Below, piece by piece: positions 26,901 to 41,260 of a stretch of 64,000 nt of DNA. Every line of letters starts with the position of its first letter. The first letter of the stretch is position 1. Position numbers and translations under genes: made by a program. Where the stretch lies: the NCBI RefSeq assembly GCF_009914755.1, contig NC_060926.1, one strand, 5' to 3'. Under the pieces are notes generated by a model that was not told where the DNA came from, ran no database searches, and saw only the letters and a list, made by a program, of their open reading frames with translations. This stretch comes from the human T2T-CHM13v2.0 reference genome, Homo sapiens.

Positions 26901-28469
26901 TTTTTAAGTACAGTAAAGTCTTTACAGACTTTATGTTTCAGGAAATTAGTATCCTACTCAGCATTGATTTTACTCTGTTTAAAGTCACAATGAATTAAAA
27001 TAAGTCTTAGAAAAATAGTATTGAGAAAAATAAAATGAGGCTCAGTTTAAATTATCAAAGGAATATGGGATATTTAATCATCACTTAAATAATTTAGATA
27101 TACTCACTTTTTAATTTACTTATTTGTTGTCCTAGATGTTTTATTTCTTATGTTGAATTATTGTATTTCCAAACAGAAGCTAATATTTAAACAGTATTAC
27201 TACCAATTACATTTTAAATGGACTAATGTTGCATGGGCAAGTTTATCAAAGCACTTTAACATATATGGAGATTTTTCCATGTGTAAGAATCAAAAATGAA
27301 TACGAAAATGTATGTTGAAATGTAAAGTCAAATATTTGCAAGATGCTCAAATTTGTCAATCCATTTATTTGTACATTCAATAAGTATTTATTATATAGTC
27401 TTAGAATGTGCTGGGCATTATGCTACATAATAAACCTATGCAAAAATATGTTATCAGTGTACATGAGACTAGAAAATTGAGGTTTTCTGAGAGGGGATGG
27501 GATGCTTAAATACAACCGCTTCTTACTTGTGCTGAGCTGTGCCAGATGTTGCCTCAGACCCAGGCAAGAGCGGGGATTGGGGCTGGGGACTGGGGAGATC
27601 ATGGCTTATAAAGAAGGCCAGGGGTGTAGATGGGAAGAAACCAGAGGAAGGTGGAGCAGGGCTTCTTGGAGAGAGAATTGCCCAGTGCTTATTGACTTGG
27701 TTCTACCCTCGCCATTTTTAAGCCAGATGGATGGATTACAAGATCACTGAATTTTATAATTAAGAAGGCTCTCAATCTTATTACCCCTCATTCTGCACAA
27801 CTAAAAGAGTTTTATGTCTTTCTCCTACTCTTAGGGTCAGTGTAGACTGCTCACCTGCCTGCAGGCAGCATCTAGGAATTTCCTGCTTGCTGCAGATAGT
27901 TTTTTTAATCTTTATAACCAGAAAGATCAATTCATAGCCACAGCTAAGATCCTCTAGGTTTTCTATTTCTTGGTTTCCTTGTTTGGGTGATTTCAAGGCA
28001 TTTGGGCTCTATTGATTTAACATTCTTCAAAAAAACTAAGAAAACAGAAAGAATGAGTAAGAAGAGAAAGGAATTATTGTGTGTTTTTCTTTTCACAGTT
28101 GTTATTTTATCACAAAAGGTAGCACATACTTCTCAGCCATTCTGACCCCATCTCTGGTGTCTCAGTCTGGATGGTGATGGGTACTCAAACTCCTGAATTG
28201 AATGATGGTACTCAGAAAGCATGAGAACCTGGAAGAGACAAAGACAGAAGGTGAAAGTATTGGTTATCATAGCACTCTTTCTTTTTTTCTCCCTAACAAA
28301 CCCAACACACTTTTTGTAAAGTCACCATTAATCTATTTTTATCAAGTTCCTGTCAATGTAGTCTTAACTGTTTGGGGACACAGTACTTACTATACAAATG
28401 TAAGTCCAATGTTTTGAATGTTTCATGGATTTATTATTAAGAGAATTAAGAATCATGAAAGCCTCAAAT

Positions 28470-29185
28470 CAAGAAGATCATGGCAGATGGAAGGTAGGAC
28501 TAGATTGCAGCTCCCACTCAGATGGACAGAGCAGTGTGTGGAGTCTTGCATCATGAACTTTTGCTCCAGAACTACTGCAGGAATAAATCAGAAAAGCCAA
28601 GAGAAGCCATGGACCCTCTGAAGGAAGTGGATTGCTCTTGCAGGACCCAGGAGATACCCCAAATACTGTGAGCCCAAACTGTGGAAGTGGAAAGGGAGAT
28701 CATCCAACCCCAAACACATACCCTCACTGGAGAACCTGAAAGTCTAGATCACAGGAGAAGATTCTGAACTTACCTGGAACTGAGTCAGTTTAGACAGACG
28801 AGGGAAATACAGGGGTAGAAGAAGCAGCAGGAAAAGACCTGTGGTTTCTCTGGGTCTCCTAGGAAGCCATTTTTGCCTTGCCCCTCAAGGGTCCTTGCAG
28901 AAGGCTGCAAGAGGTACTGGGAAAAGATCACAGGGTGAAGGAAACCTCCAGCTGAACTTTGTAACAATTTTAACTGAACAAGAAGTCTCTTGGCCAGAAC
29001 TTAGGGGAGGGTGTGAATCCAGTGTGCAGACTCCACAGGTGGGGAAGAACAAAGCCCCACTCGCTTTCACAGCTGGGATGCTGGCTAGCCTGGGGCAAGT
29101 TCTCAGCCCTGCTCGTCCACTGCCTGGAAGCAGACTCGGTGCTGTTGGTTGGGGGCATGCATGGTGGGAGCAAGCCTCTTTGTGA
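28470..29185 (+). mobile_element. L1PB-type 5' UTR fragment
   Basis: gatcatggcagatggaaggtaggactagattgcagctcccactc is typical of L1PBa 5' ends. No ORF1 follows. Confidence 0.75.
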
Positions 29186-29835
29186 CTGGCTTGTTGAGAA
29201 GTTTAATTTTATAAGTGAAAAGCAGAAAAACAATGGGTCCTCTGGTCAAGGCCTAGCTTCCCATTCCGCCTCCCTTATTGAACTATATGTGAATGAATAA
29301 CCTGTGTGGTACAACTGTTCAAACACCAGGGCATTTCCTTCATCACCTACTTATTAGGTTTCATGCTTCCCAGATGACAAACCCAAACAAACTCATTGCA
29401 ATTCTATTAAATTGTATTGAAACTATTTTTTTCCTAGATCTTCAAATATGAAAAGCCACAACTTCACATAGTTTTCACATATAAAAATACATACACACAT
29501 ACATACAAAGAAATTTACACACCAAGTGACCAGAGACTGAGCACTGTGTGGGAAGGTTTTACTCCTGAGCTTAGAACCAGACTCTAGGCTCTGGGGAGGA
29601 AGGTCAGGACAGGAGAAGTGAAATAGATCTTTTAAAGCCAAAATGTCACAAACTGCTCATATTAGGAAAACAAAGCCTCTTGATACTGATGATGAGTGGA
29701 CCATCTTTGGGCTTGCAGTCAGAAGGGCATTGGCTGGCAGTAGATGCTCTACTGTGGTTATGTGGAGCCCACCTGGGGTCATGGTGATCAGAAGCCTCCG
29801 CTGTGTGTATCTGTGCCATGTCCAGTCAAGGTGGT

Positions 29836-30893
29836 TATCGGGGGAACCCGCCCCCGATAATTCTTTGTGGGTTCTTTTCTATTTTCCCTAAGTGTCAGCT
29901 GGTCTGAGAAATAAAGGGAAAGAGTCCAAAAGAGAGAAATTTTAAAGCTGGATATCTGGGTGAGACATTACATATTGGCAGGTTCCTTGATGCCCCCTAA
30001 GCCACAAAACCAACAAGTTTTTATTAGTGATTTTCAAAAGGTGAGGGAGTGTACGAATAGGGTGTGGGTCACAGAGATCACATGCTTCACAAGGTAATAA
30101 AATATCACAAGGCAAATGGAGGCAAGGTGAAATCACAGGACCGGGGTGAAATTAAAATTGCTAATGAAGTTTCGGGCATGCATTGTCATTGATAACATCT
30201 TATCAGGAGACAGGGTTTGAGAGCAGACAACCAGTCTGACCAAAATTTATTAGGCGGGAATTTCCTCATCCTAATAAGCCTGGGAGCACTACGGGAGACC
30301 TGGGCTTATTTCATCCCTTATCTACAACCGTAAAGCCAGCCCTCCCTAGAGCGGCCATTTTAGAGGCCTACCCCTAGGCAGGCATTCTCTTTCTCAGGGC
30401 TGTTCCTTGCTGAGAAAAAGAATTCATCAATATTTCTCCTACTTGCTTTTGAAAGAAGAGAAATATGGCTCTGTTCCGCCTGGCTCTCAGGCCGCCAAAC
30501 CTAATGGTTATCTCCCTTGTTCCCTGAACATCGCTGTTATCCTGTTCTTTTTTCAAGGTGCCCAGATTTCATATTGTTTAAACAATTTGTGCAATTAATG
30601 CAATCATGACAGGGTCCTGAGGCGACATTCATCTTAAGCTTACGAAGATGATGGGATTAAGAGATTAAAGTAAAGACAGGCATAGGAAATCATGAGTATT
30701 GATTAGGGAAGGGATAAATGCCCATGAAATCTTCACAATTTATGTTCAGAGATTGCAGTAAAGACAGGCGTAAGAAATTATAAAAGTATTAATTTGGGGA
30801 ACTAATAAATGTCCATGAAATCTTCACAATTTATGTTCTTCTGCCATGGCTTCAGCCGGTCCCTCCGTTCGGGGTCCCCGACTTCCCGCAACA
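29836..30893 (-). mobile_element. MER11 solo LTR (HERV-K11/HML-8)
   Basis: The minus strand begins TGTTGCGGGAAGTCGGGGACCCCGAACGGAGGGACCGGCTGAAGCCATGGC; 1058 bp; perfect 6-bp TSD ggtggt. Confidence 0.93.
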
Positions 30894-30964
30894 GGTGGTG
30901 GGGCCTGGTCAGGTTTACATGGGTGTCAACAGGCTAGGTGGCCAGGCCAAGTTTATGAGAGCTG

Positions 30965-31165
30965 ATCATGTGCCAGGCACTGCTCTAAGAGGTTTATATC
31001 TATATTTGTTGATTTAATATTGGAATAGGTATGTTGATTCATCTTCATCTTACAGATGAGAAAATTGAGGGACAAAAAGGTCCAAATACTTGCTGAAGGT
31101 TCCAGTGTGGGTAAGCAGAGGGCCTGCATGTGAACCCAGGTGGCCTGGCTATAGACTCTAAGCTC
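30965..31165 (-). mobile_element. MIR SINE
   Basis: atgtgccaggcactgctctaag...catcttacagatgagaaaattgagg...tgaacccagg. Confidence 0.8.
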
Positions 31166-32619
31166 ATATTTACATGCTGCTTACAAATAGGAACAATGAA
31201 TTCGATTTTTGACATTCATATGGCTTATTTATTTTTTACTGTATAAGGAGGAAGAAAATGAAAAATGAAAAGACTTTTCTTATTAAAGAAGGAAAGAAAG
31301 CAGTATTTCTTGATGCTTGGCTGGGAGATTTTTCTCTCTCCTTTCTTTTCCCCTGCTCCATTGCACTCCACTTACCCTCTTCTTTTTCTTTTTCTTTTTT
31401 TTTCTTAATTGTATTATCTGGGGAAAACCATGAGAGGTGATATCTTTAATTGATAAAGTTTCGGTGCCATACAGATAGACTCTCTGGTTATATTTTTAAT
31501 TATTCTTACTGCAGAGATCCTTGTGAGCAGTTTAGTCCACTTCACAGTGAAATGAATGAAGAAAACCTGCACAACTGCCTGAGAGCGGACAGAGTAATTT
31601 TGAGTGTATAGACACAGCAGAGACCTGGTGACAGATGGAAGTGCTTCAGGCGCAGTTGCCATGCACATTCTTCCATCTGTCAGCACAAGTGTGTTACTAT
31701 TTTGGGACTCAATTTATCCATTTGGAGAACAATTTTCAGGCTTGTTCTTAAGGTTAAAGTGAAATCTATAACTCACTGAGACTGTTTCTTTCTAATCGCT
31801 GTGTTGCTTCGCTTTTTTTATTAGAAAAAAAATTATTGGGGGATAGAGAGGTAATCATACATGGAAGACAGGATTGCTTGGATGGGATGATAAAATATTA
31901 AAATTGAACAACAATAAAAATAAAAGTAATTATTAGGAAAACCGAGGATATCATGCCTTCTGCAGGGAACGCAACACTTTAAAAATATAGTCTGATAATA
32001 ATCCATGGGGAGAAAAGTCCAGACTCAAAACAAAGGTGTCCACGTTCACCACATCAAAAAGTAACTGTGAAGCTAATTCTTGAATTTAGGAGAAATGTCG
32101 AAGAATTGAATTCTTAGCCAAGTGAAATTTTCCCCCTCATGGTTAAAGAGTCTAGAGGTTAGATCAGCCATGGTCTTACTTTGTTAAGAAGAGATGAACA
32201 AAATAACATTTTGGCAGCACTCTAGTAGTCTATAAGAATAAAGATTCGCTTTTAGATTATATAGGAAAGGGAGCTCAAAGGACACTATATCACCTGCTCC
32301 ACTCAAGGTAATAGCTAAGAAACATTGCCTCATTTTTGCCTGAAGACAAACTCAGGTGTACTTCCTCTTTTGGATTAATAAAAAATAAGAAGCTGTCATT
32401 ATACAAAGAAAGTAAATCTTGCATAATTAGATGTTGGATTAAGCCAGTAATAATGCTCTTAGACCAAGATGTCTTGACACTGGCGGAATGTACATTTATG
32501 ACTTTCAGCAATTGGGTTATCCAAGAGAAAATGTTTCTACTTCCCATCCTCCAAGAATGCCTTATGCTTTCCCCATCCTTTCTTGTGTTCCTCTCACCAA
32601 AATTGCCCTGTCTTCTCTC

Positions 32620-32706
32620 TGCTGCAGAACTGTGAGAACTAAATTTCTGTTTATAAGCTACCAAGTTTATGGTATTTTGTTATGGCAGCACGAATGGCTT
32701 AAGACA
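32620..32706 (+). mobile_element. MLT1 (MaLR) LTR 3' fragment
   Basis: cagaactgtgaga...aaatttctgtt...aagctacc.agttt.tggta.tttgttatggcagc...aagaca. Confidence 0.75.
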
Positions 32707-33559
32707 CAAACTAATTGCTAAAGGCAATATTAATGTTTTTAGGAGCTCTTGCCAGTCAGCTTCTAGCTTTCCCTTTTGCCATATGTACTAGATATGGGGT
32801 GTACATATTAAAGAATTGTGGAAAAATTCCTCCCCAAACCAAAGATTTGCTCACTCAAACACACATTTCAGTGCGTATGTGGACAGACTGTGTCTCTTTA
32901 AGATTGTTTAATAATGTATCAAATTTTAGTTCTATACAAAGTACTTCAAAATATATCTATTTATTATGACCTACACCTCATGAATGACATGCAATGGCTT
33001 AAGTTTTGAACATTTATTCGAGTAGAAAAAGAACAAAACAAATTTTGACTTAGACCTTTAGGATTGCAATTGACTTTAGAGGACATTTCTTTCCATCACA
33101 CATAATTTGAGAATTTTCTATGATCCTGGGCAGATGAATGGCTAACTGCTCTCCGGATACTTCTTATAACAGCATGCTGACTTCTCCACAAGGAAACTAG
33201 TTCCATTATTAGTTTACAAATATTTTACTTATATTTGCTGAAAGCTTCCTCCCACTGGTTTTATTTCTGCTCTTCCAAACTTCACAAAATAATATTAGTG
33301 TATGTTCCAGGATACTGACTATTGGAAATAGATATTATTCTAAAGCCTGTCATCTGCAGCTGGGTCTTTCTAAACTGTAGCATGGTTTTTGGATGACCAC
33401 ACCATCTTGTTCATCTCTTTTTGTTGTTTTCTAATTTGTTAATATCCTTTCCATAGTATGGTGACTGAAACATGAAAAAATGTCCCAAGCACTGGATCAT
33501 TCCATTATTCATGTTCTTCTCTCTAATTTTACCACCATAAGGCTTTCCCCCTTCATGGC

Positions 33560-35199
33560 CATTTTTAATATTTTCTATTTGTATTAATTTTTAGCTATTA
33601 AACTATGATATATTACTTTTTTGTTTGGAATTTGCTGAGCTTCTTGAATTTGTATGTTGTTCTTATCAGATTTTGGAAATTTTCAGACATTAGTTCTTCA
33701 AATGTTGCTTTTACTCAATCTCTCCTTTTTTTGGGAGGCTCCAGTTACACACATGTTGGGCCTTTTAATTGCTGCTATCATCGTGTGTTGGGGTGTGATA
33801 CGCTTTTCAGGAAAAGGCAGTCATTTTTGTGTCTGTAGGGAATGGTCGCTCATTGTTTACACCTGAGTGTCTCCTTATATTTTTGCCCTCAGTTAAAGGC
33901 AACTACCTCTTTGACATTTATATTTTCTTCCCAGCAACAAGTGCATCTAATACCCGGTTAATTTTGGAAAACAGAAGCCCAGCCCCCTGCCTCAAGTATG
34001 GGCATCCCTGAAGAGCCAACTCAGCTTCAGAGCACACTCTGGGACTGCCTGAAGCCTCTGTTGCTACCACATTATAGTTATTTATTCTTCAATCGAATCT
34101 TACCTCTATTACCTTGCAGTTGTTTTTCAAAAGAGCAGTGTTCAATAGAACACTCACATGGAAAGGTGACACATTTCTTGCGATGGGTTCTCATATATCT
34201 CTTACATTCTGCTCATTACTATTATTATTATTACTGTTGTTTAGTTGGGTTATTTTCTATTCACCTGTCTCAAGTTCAAAAATTGATATTTTCTGCTGTT
34301 CAGTTTTCTATTACAAACGTTCAAAAAGTTCTTAATTTCAGATATTGTATGTTGCAATTCCAAAATGTCCATTTAATTCTTTTTTACAAAATCTGGTTCT
34401 ATTTGAAAATTTTCACCTTTTTTATTTTTCTTCTTTTTGATTAGCATATTGATTATAACTATTTTTAAATCTTTGTTAATTCTGAATAATCTCTGAGTTT
34501 CAGTCTGTTGATTTTTTCTCTTAATTATTGGTGCCATTTTATGCCTCTTTTGTGTCTAATTATTTTTATCTAAAAATAATTTTTATTGTGATATGTTATA
34601 GAGCACCTAGATTATACGAATCTATTCTAAAGGATTTTAAGTTTTGTTCTAAAAGAAAGTTAAATTACTAGCAATCCTGTTGGGGGCTTGGACCTAAGCT
34701 TGTTATGTCTAATTTAGCTTTGTCCTTAGCCTTAAATCATGATTCTTACTCCAGGGCATGGCCTACTCCATTAGTCTCAACAGAAAGCCCAAGATATTCA
34801 TCAGGGTCTCTCCTTATAGCTATACCTGAATTCCAGTAAGTCTCCATCATGCGGAGATTTCTGAAATCTATGCTCATCTCTCTGGGCTCCTGGTGGCTCT
34901 TCCTTGCTCAGTGTTCCAAAGTCTTTCCCTGTGCATTGAAGTAAATTTTTTTGCACACACTCAGGTCTTTTCTGTGGGTCCCTCCTCTCTAACAACGTGC
35001 CCTTCATTTCCAACTGCCCTGGCAACCCAAACTTTAGTCTTTGTTTTCTCAACCTAGAAGGACTGATGTTTTCTTTCTTGCATCATAGTTTTGAAAAATG
35101 TCCTGAATGAGAAAGCAAGAATGAATGTAGGCTAACCTGATGTATCATCACTTCTTTTGAGGATCTTAGTATTGATTGCTGATCAATGACTTCAGTTGT

Positions 35200-35231
<32 letters not shown>

Positions 35232-35300
35232 ACACACATAAACATATAGTTACTTGCCACTGGATGGCAGGTCAGATATCAACTAATCTATTATGGTTAG
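33560..35300 (-). mobile_element. Old L1M 5'/ORF1 remnant with an internal LTR-like piece (about 33800-34165) and (CA)n at 35199-35238
   Basis: T-rich L1M ORF1 antisense signature (ttgctgagcttcttgaatttgt...ggaaattttcagacatt). Confidence 0.55.
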
Positions 35301-35520
35301 AAAAAAAAATCCCTGTTATTACTGCTTTATTTTATCATGCCACTTCTTTTTCATTTTCATAAGCCTGTGTATCTGTGTTCATGATATTGCTGTAATGTTT
35401 TGTGCTACATGTCTTAACTTTTTAAAAACTATGGAAACAAGGTACAGTGGCTTGTACCACAATAAATAAAGATACTATGCTTTTTTATGCAGCCTAAGAT
35501 TTCAGTGTTTAATATATCTA

Positions 35521-35941
35521 TGAGATGGTTTGAATCTGTGTCCCCGTTCAAATCTCAGGTTGAATTGTAATCCCCAGTGTTGGAGGTCAGGCCTGGTGGG
35601 AGGTGATGGGATCATGGGAGAAGATCCCTCATGAATGATTTAGCACTATCCCCTTGGTGCTGTCCTCATGATAGTGAGTGAGTTCTTGTGACATCTGTTC
35701 ATTTAAAAGTGGGTAGCACCTCCCTGCACCTTGCTCCTATTCTAGCCATGTGGTGTCTATGCTTTCTCTTTGCCTTCTGCCATGACTGTAAGTTTCTTGA
35801 GGTCTCCCTAGAAGCTGAGCAGATGCCAGCATTATGCTTCCTGTACAGCCTTTGGAACTGTGAGCCAATTAAACTTCTTTTCTTTATAAATTATCCAGTC
35901 TCAGGTATTTATTCATAGCAATGAGAGAATGGACTAATGCA
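35521..35941 (+). mobile_element. MSTA-like MaLR solo LTR
   Basis: tgagatggtttgaatctgtgtcccc...gaactgtgagccaattaaac...atagcaatgagagaatggactaatgca. Confidence 0.9.
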
Positions 35942-36157
35942 ATCTACATCATGGTTTTCTTTTCTTGGCTTTTATTGAGTTTTTAAGCAGCTTCTTCATA
36001 TGAGGTGATCTTAACCAGGATCTCTCTTATCCAGTTCTTTATGATTCGGTTTGAATCTGAGTGTAGGCCTGTATATATACTACTGTTGAATGTCATCTCA
36101 TAAATTTTGTATAAAGTTTTCCTAGGGTATTACTTTCTCAATTTTATTAAAAATTGC

Positions 36158-36300
36158 AACTTTTATTTTATATACAGGGATACATGTGCAGTTTTGTTAC
36201 ATAGTATATTGCACCCAGGTAGTGAGCATACTATCCAATAGGTACTTTTTCAACCTGTAACCCCCTCCTTTCCTTCCCCTTTTAATAGTCCATAGTGTCT
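36158..36300 (-). mobile_element. Older L1P 3'-end fragment
   Basis: gatacatgtgcagttttgttacat...cacccaggtagtgagcata. Confidence 0.7.
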
Positions 36301-37724
36301 TAAATCTTAATCTGCAATGTGCTAAAAGAGAAGTTACTAGTAGTCAAATAAATACAGCCCTTAGTTTATATTCCAACCCCAAATATAATTTATCAGACCA
36401 ACAAGTGATAAGTTCAATCAGTAACAAGAACTGAAATTTAGCTACCCTCCAAAAGCCATAAAATCATCATTAGCACTAAGATATGCCATTCACAATTTTA
36501 GCAAGTGCTATTTCTGGTCTGAGTGTAAGGTCAAATACCTGACTGATGATACTGAGGACTGACAGCGGAACAGGAGTGACACAATCAGCAACTGCAAACC
36601 ATTAAAGTAATCTGATGACACAGATGAAATTAATGCTGATAATTATTAGGGATATTAGAATGATTTGTGTTTATTGCCTCTTATAGCAGCATAATTCTGC
36701 TCCCTTAATAGAAGCACGTAAATGGTAACTTAAAAAGTACAATTTAATGATGATGAATATTATTAGTATTAAAAAGTTATTAAATTTATAAATATTTATT
36801 TAATGTTTCATTTCTACAAAGCTCTTGGGAGTACTTCTGTAAGAAGTATTATGATATTGGAAAGTAAAAGGATAAAAATCAATACAAAATAAGACTTGTT
36901 TTCATATAGGTATATTAGTTCAAATTGGAGAAATACATTGATGTTACTCTCCAGCTTTACACTTTTTGGAAATATGTCTATTCTATATTAAACCACAAAA
37001 ATGCTGCTAATATAGAAACAGCCCTAAAAATGTACAGCGAATAGAAAAAATGGTGCACTGTGTATGTGATTATTTTCTCACTAAAGATGATAGAAAACAT
37101 AATTTTAAAAATGTTATAATGAAAGTGGTAACCAAGAAAAATGCATTCATTTATTGCTTGCCAGAATTCATTAAGGTAGGTATTATCTAAATTTTTCAAA
37201 AAGGGAACTGTTTCTTGGGGCACACACAGCTAGAATTCAAATCCAATTTGAAATGACTGTAAAACCTTAATTTACACCCATAAAATTCTACTTTTTTAGT
37301 GATTTATCTGCTTTCTCTAAGAAGGGGAATCTGTTCCATTCTCTATTCATACAGTGATTTTCTCAATCCATGTAACAAATCATCAACCCATATAACAAAC
37401 TCTCAATGCCTCTTATAGTCATTTCAGCCATTAGCTTCTTTCAGAGAACATTGCACGAGATCTAAACAAGGAGTTCTTACTGAAATGGCAATCAATAAAC
37501 TGGTTTTAAAGAAAATTATAGTTTATTGACTTCTTAGACAGCAGTGTTTCCCATGAACTGCCAATTAATTTGATAAACCAGTGACACATTGTCAAAAGTC
37601 ATACTAGAAAAGTCTTTCTCCTCACAAACAGGTTAAAAATGTCATAAATCTTGCTCCCTGCATGAAATAAGCTCATTTTAGAGGAAGCACTATTTGTCAC
37701 AGAATTTATTGAATTAAATCATTA

Positions 37725-38318
37725 CAGCTGATTGTATTCCAAAGGTGACTTCACAATATCTACTCTTCACTTGTGGTTCAAGGACATGACCTTGACATTC
37801 CCTGTCAAAGGTGAAGTTTACTTCTCCAGCCCCCTGGGCAGGCCCTATAATTCCTTTGGCCAATAGAATTGGGTAAAATGACACACTGAAGTTCTATATA
37901 GCCCTTAAAAAGCCTGCAGCATCAGCTTCCTGACACTGGAAACACTTGCTTTTGGTAAACTCCCCCTGGGAACCCATCAGCTATGCTCTTAGAAGCTCAG
38001 ATCACATACAGACTGTAGACTGTGTCTAGGGACTTTGGTCAACAGCTCCAGCTAAGCTCCCAAGAGACATCTAGCAGAAGTTGAGAGCCATATGAGTGAG
38101 CCTTTCTGGACATCCAGCCTAGTCTAGCTTTCAGGGGACTGCAGTCCCAGATATCTGTATCTGTAATCAATAATTACTGCATTAAAGAAAGACCCAAATG
38201 AGAAGCACCCTGCTGATTCCAGTCAGCCTATGGAAACATGACCAATAATAATAAATGGTCATTTTAACCCACTAAGTTTTAAGATGGTTTATTATGTAAC
38301 AATGAATAACCAGAATAG
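37725..38318 (+). mobile_element. MLT1 (F/G/H-like) MaLR LTR
   Basis: cagcctagtctagctttcag..gactgcag...ccactaagttttaagatggtttattatgtaacaat..ataaccagaata. Confidence 0.75.
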
Positions 38319-39607
38319 TCACAAAAACACTTTAGGTGTTTTCTGTGTTTTTATTTTGCTTTAAGCACCAAGAAGTATTTGAATAAACCCAAGTGCTTTG
38401 CCCAAGGGTACCTATATAAGAATCCTGATTTTCAAAGCAGCAGCATGAAATGAGTTACTAATTTTATCTTTACTTAGTACATGTGGACAATAGATACAGA
38501 GAAACAGTATCACTTGGCAAAAGTCTCAAGCAAATACTAATTATATGCTAAACTTACACAAAGATTTATGTAACCTTTCTATTACTTTGGCTTTGTGACC
38601 TCAGGATAGATCCAATATTTTCAGGTACTGAGAATTTGAGAAAGGACATTGTAAAGTTGATCTAGTCTCAATTACACCCTTGACTTAAGCCATTTTTCAT
38701 GTACCACCCTAGTCTTTATCTGAATCACACATATCAGTTATAATATTCCTTGTTTACTCATTTGTGACTTTTCTAGAAGCATTGGGGTATCATGTGAACT
38801 TCATGTTTTCTTCCCGATACTCTTGATACTTTTAGATATGTCTTAATTATTCCCTTCTTTTGATCTTTTCTGCTACTTCTTTAGTTCCAACCCTTTTATT
38901 GCTCACCTGACTTTATAGAATTTGGCTATTGTTGTGCATGTTGCCATATGGTTATCTGAGCCCTTCTAGAAATAGTGATTTTTACTTCTGACATTGCCTG
39001 AAATATTTTTGTGCAATTATATTTAAAATGTACAGTAATTTCACAGAATAATAATATTTGACATCAAGTGACCATGTGTCCAGACCTACTCATCATAATC
39101 TGGATCCTGTCAAATCCACCAGATCATAAGCTGGGAAGACCCACAGCAGTCTATCATAAGTCTAAAGTGGTACCATCAGGATCAGGTATGAGCAGGCCAG
39201 AGGGTACAAATAAGCAGAATGAGCAATGCACTCCCATGCCCTTTGCTATTATTGTACAATTTCTACTCCATCAGCTCAGAAATATAACTATAACTGAGGA
39301 TCCAAAAAAGGCCAAGCTTGATTAATGAATGGATATCCTTAGGGTGTGAGGTACAGCCTTAATTCAGAGTGTCCTCAAAAGCTAACAGTGTGGGGAAACC
39401 CTCCCAATAGTCAGAATTTTGGATAATGTCCCTGGTCATACACATTGTGTGGAAATATAAGCTAGCCAGGGTAAGAATACATATGCTCTCATGGGAAGTG
39501 GCAAAAATGAGAGATTAGGAATAAATTAATTTGGGGAAAATAAATTAGAACAGACTGAGGCACAAAGTTGAAAATCTTTGTGTTGCGCATTTTCACACAC
39601 CAAATAA

Positions 39608-39930
<323 letters not shown>

Positions 39931-41260
39931 GGTTATCTTAATGCTGGCATAGTGGGTGCATAAACAGAGCAGCCAGGGTGTCAAGGATAGAGGTGGCCAT
40001 GAGCCTGATAGTTTGGGTTCCCACTCACCAAGGCTGACACAGCTACTTCCACTGCTGGGTATTCAACATTCCCCAACAAAGACTACTCTGGGATCCCATC
40101 TCTCAAGGAGACAAACAAGTCATCAAGTGGCAACTTCCATCCTGGAAGGAGCACTTACTCATCTTGGTCAGAAACAACACATCTTCTATCAATAATTACA
40201 GGTTTGCTGTTTACGTACTCAAGACCTAAACCACTACCACTATCTGAGGACTCACTGTTTGATTTAGCAAGGATTACATTTTACAGCAAAGGAGATATGA
40301 CTGGGAACATGATGATGGGGCTCACAATCTGCAGTCACCAGAACCTGCCATCCTGATAGATCGATGGCATGGCCTTTTTAAGGCATAGCTGATGTTCCAC
40401 ATAGAGATTATTCTCTGTGAATATGGGGAACCACATTCCAGGATACACTATATATACACCCTAAATTAACAATTATTTTATGATGGTGTGTTCCCAGTAC
40501 ATAGATTACATTATCTGAGAATCAGGAAGTAGAAATAGGAGTGAGCCCAGGTACCACTTATCACTTTATTTCCTCTTGCCTCTCAGTATACCCTTTATTA
40601 TCCTGTCTTGTGACACTGGTGTTGGACCTTGCAAGTATTTCTCCCTTGTCAGCTAGCAATGATGCTAAGCTTTGTCAGTAAAAGGCACTGGAGAGACACT
40701 GCGGGAGGAAGAGGCTTTTCTTCCTGGTTCTATTGTGCTTTTCACTTTTCTTGCTCCATGGTGCTCAACTAGCATGTGGGACACCAAGTGGTGTCCATCC
40801 CAAGAGAGTTTCAGTAATACCCACACCGGTGGCTCCCAAGTGAATTCTCCTGTCTTCCAGAGAATTTAGCAGAATCAGTTCCCTAGAGGCAGTTTCCAGA
40901 AATCCCACCAGTGTCCAAGAACTTCAGAGCACGTGACCTAATTGACAGATGGAAGTCTTATTGAAAACTTAGTTACAGGGATACAGCATCCTTAAAATAT
41001 GGGGTTCTGCCTCAAAGGATGCAGTATATGTCCTGAATTAGAGACCATTACATGATGCTCTTTCTCACGTAGTCAGAATACATGAGTTCCAAATTACCAA
41101 GGAGTTGAAGTAGAAATGGCCACTCTTACTATCACACTTGAAAACTTAACTGGAGGAATTTTTGCTTCCTATGCCAGGTATATTTTGAGTTCTACTAGTT
41201 TGAAGTCTTAATCTCTAAGGAAAAATGCTATAAAGTAACAAAGCAAGGATTCCATTGAAT

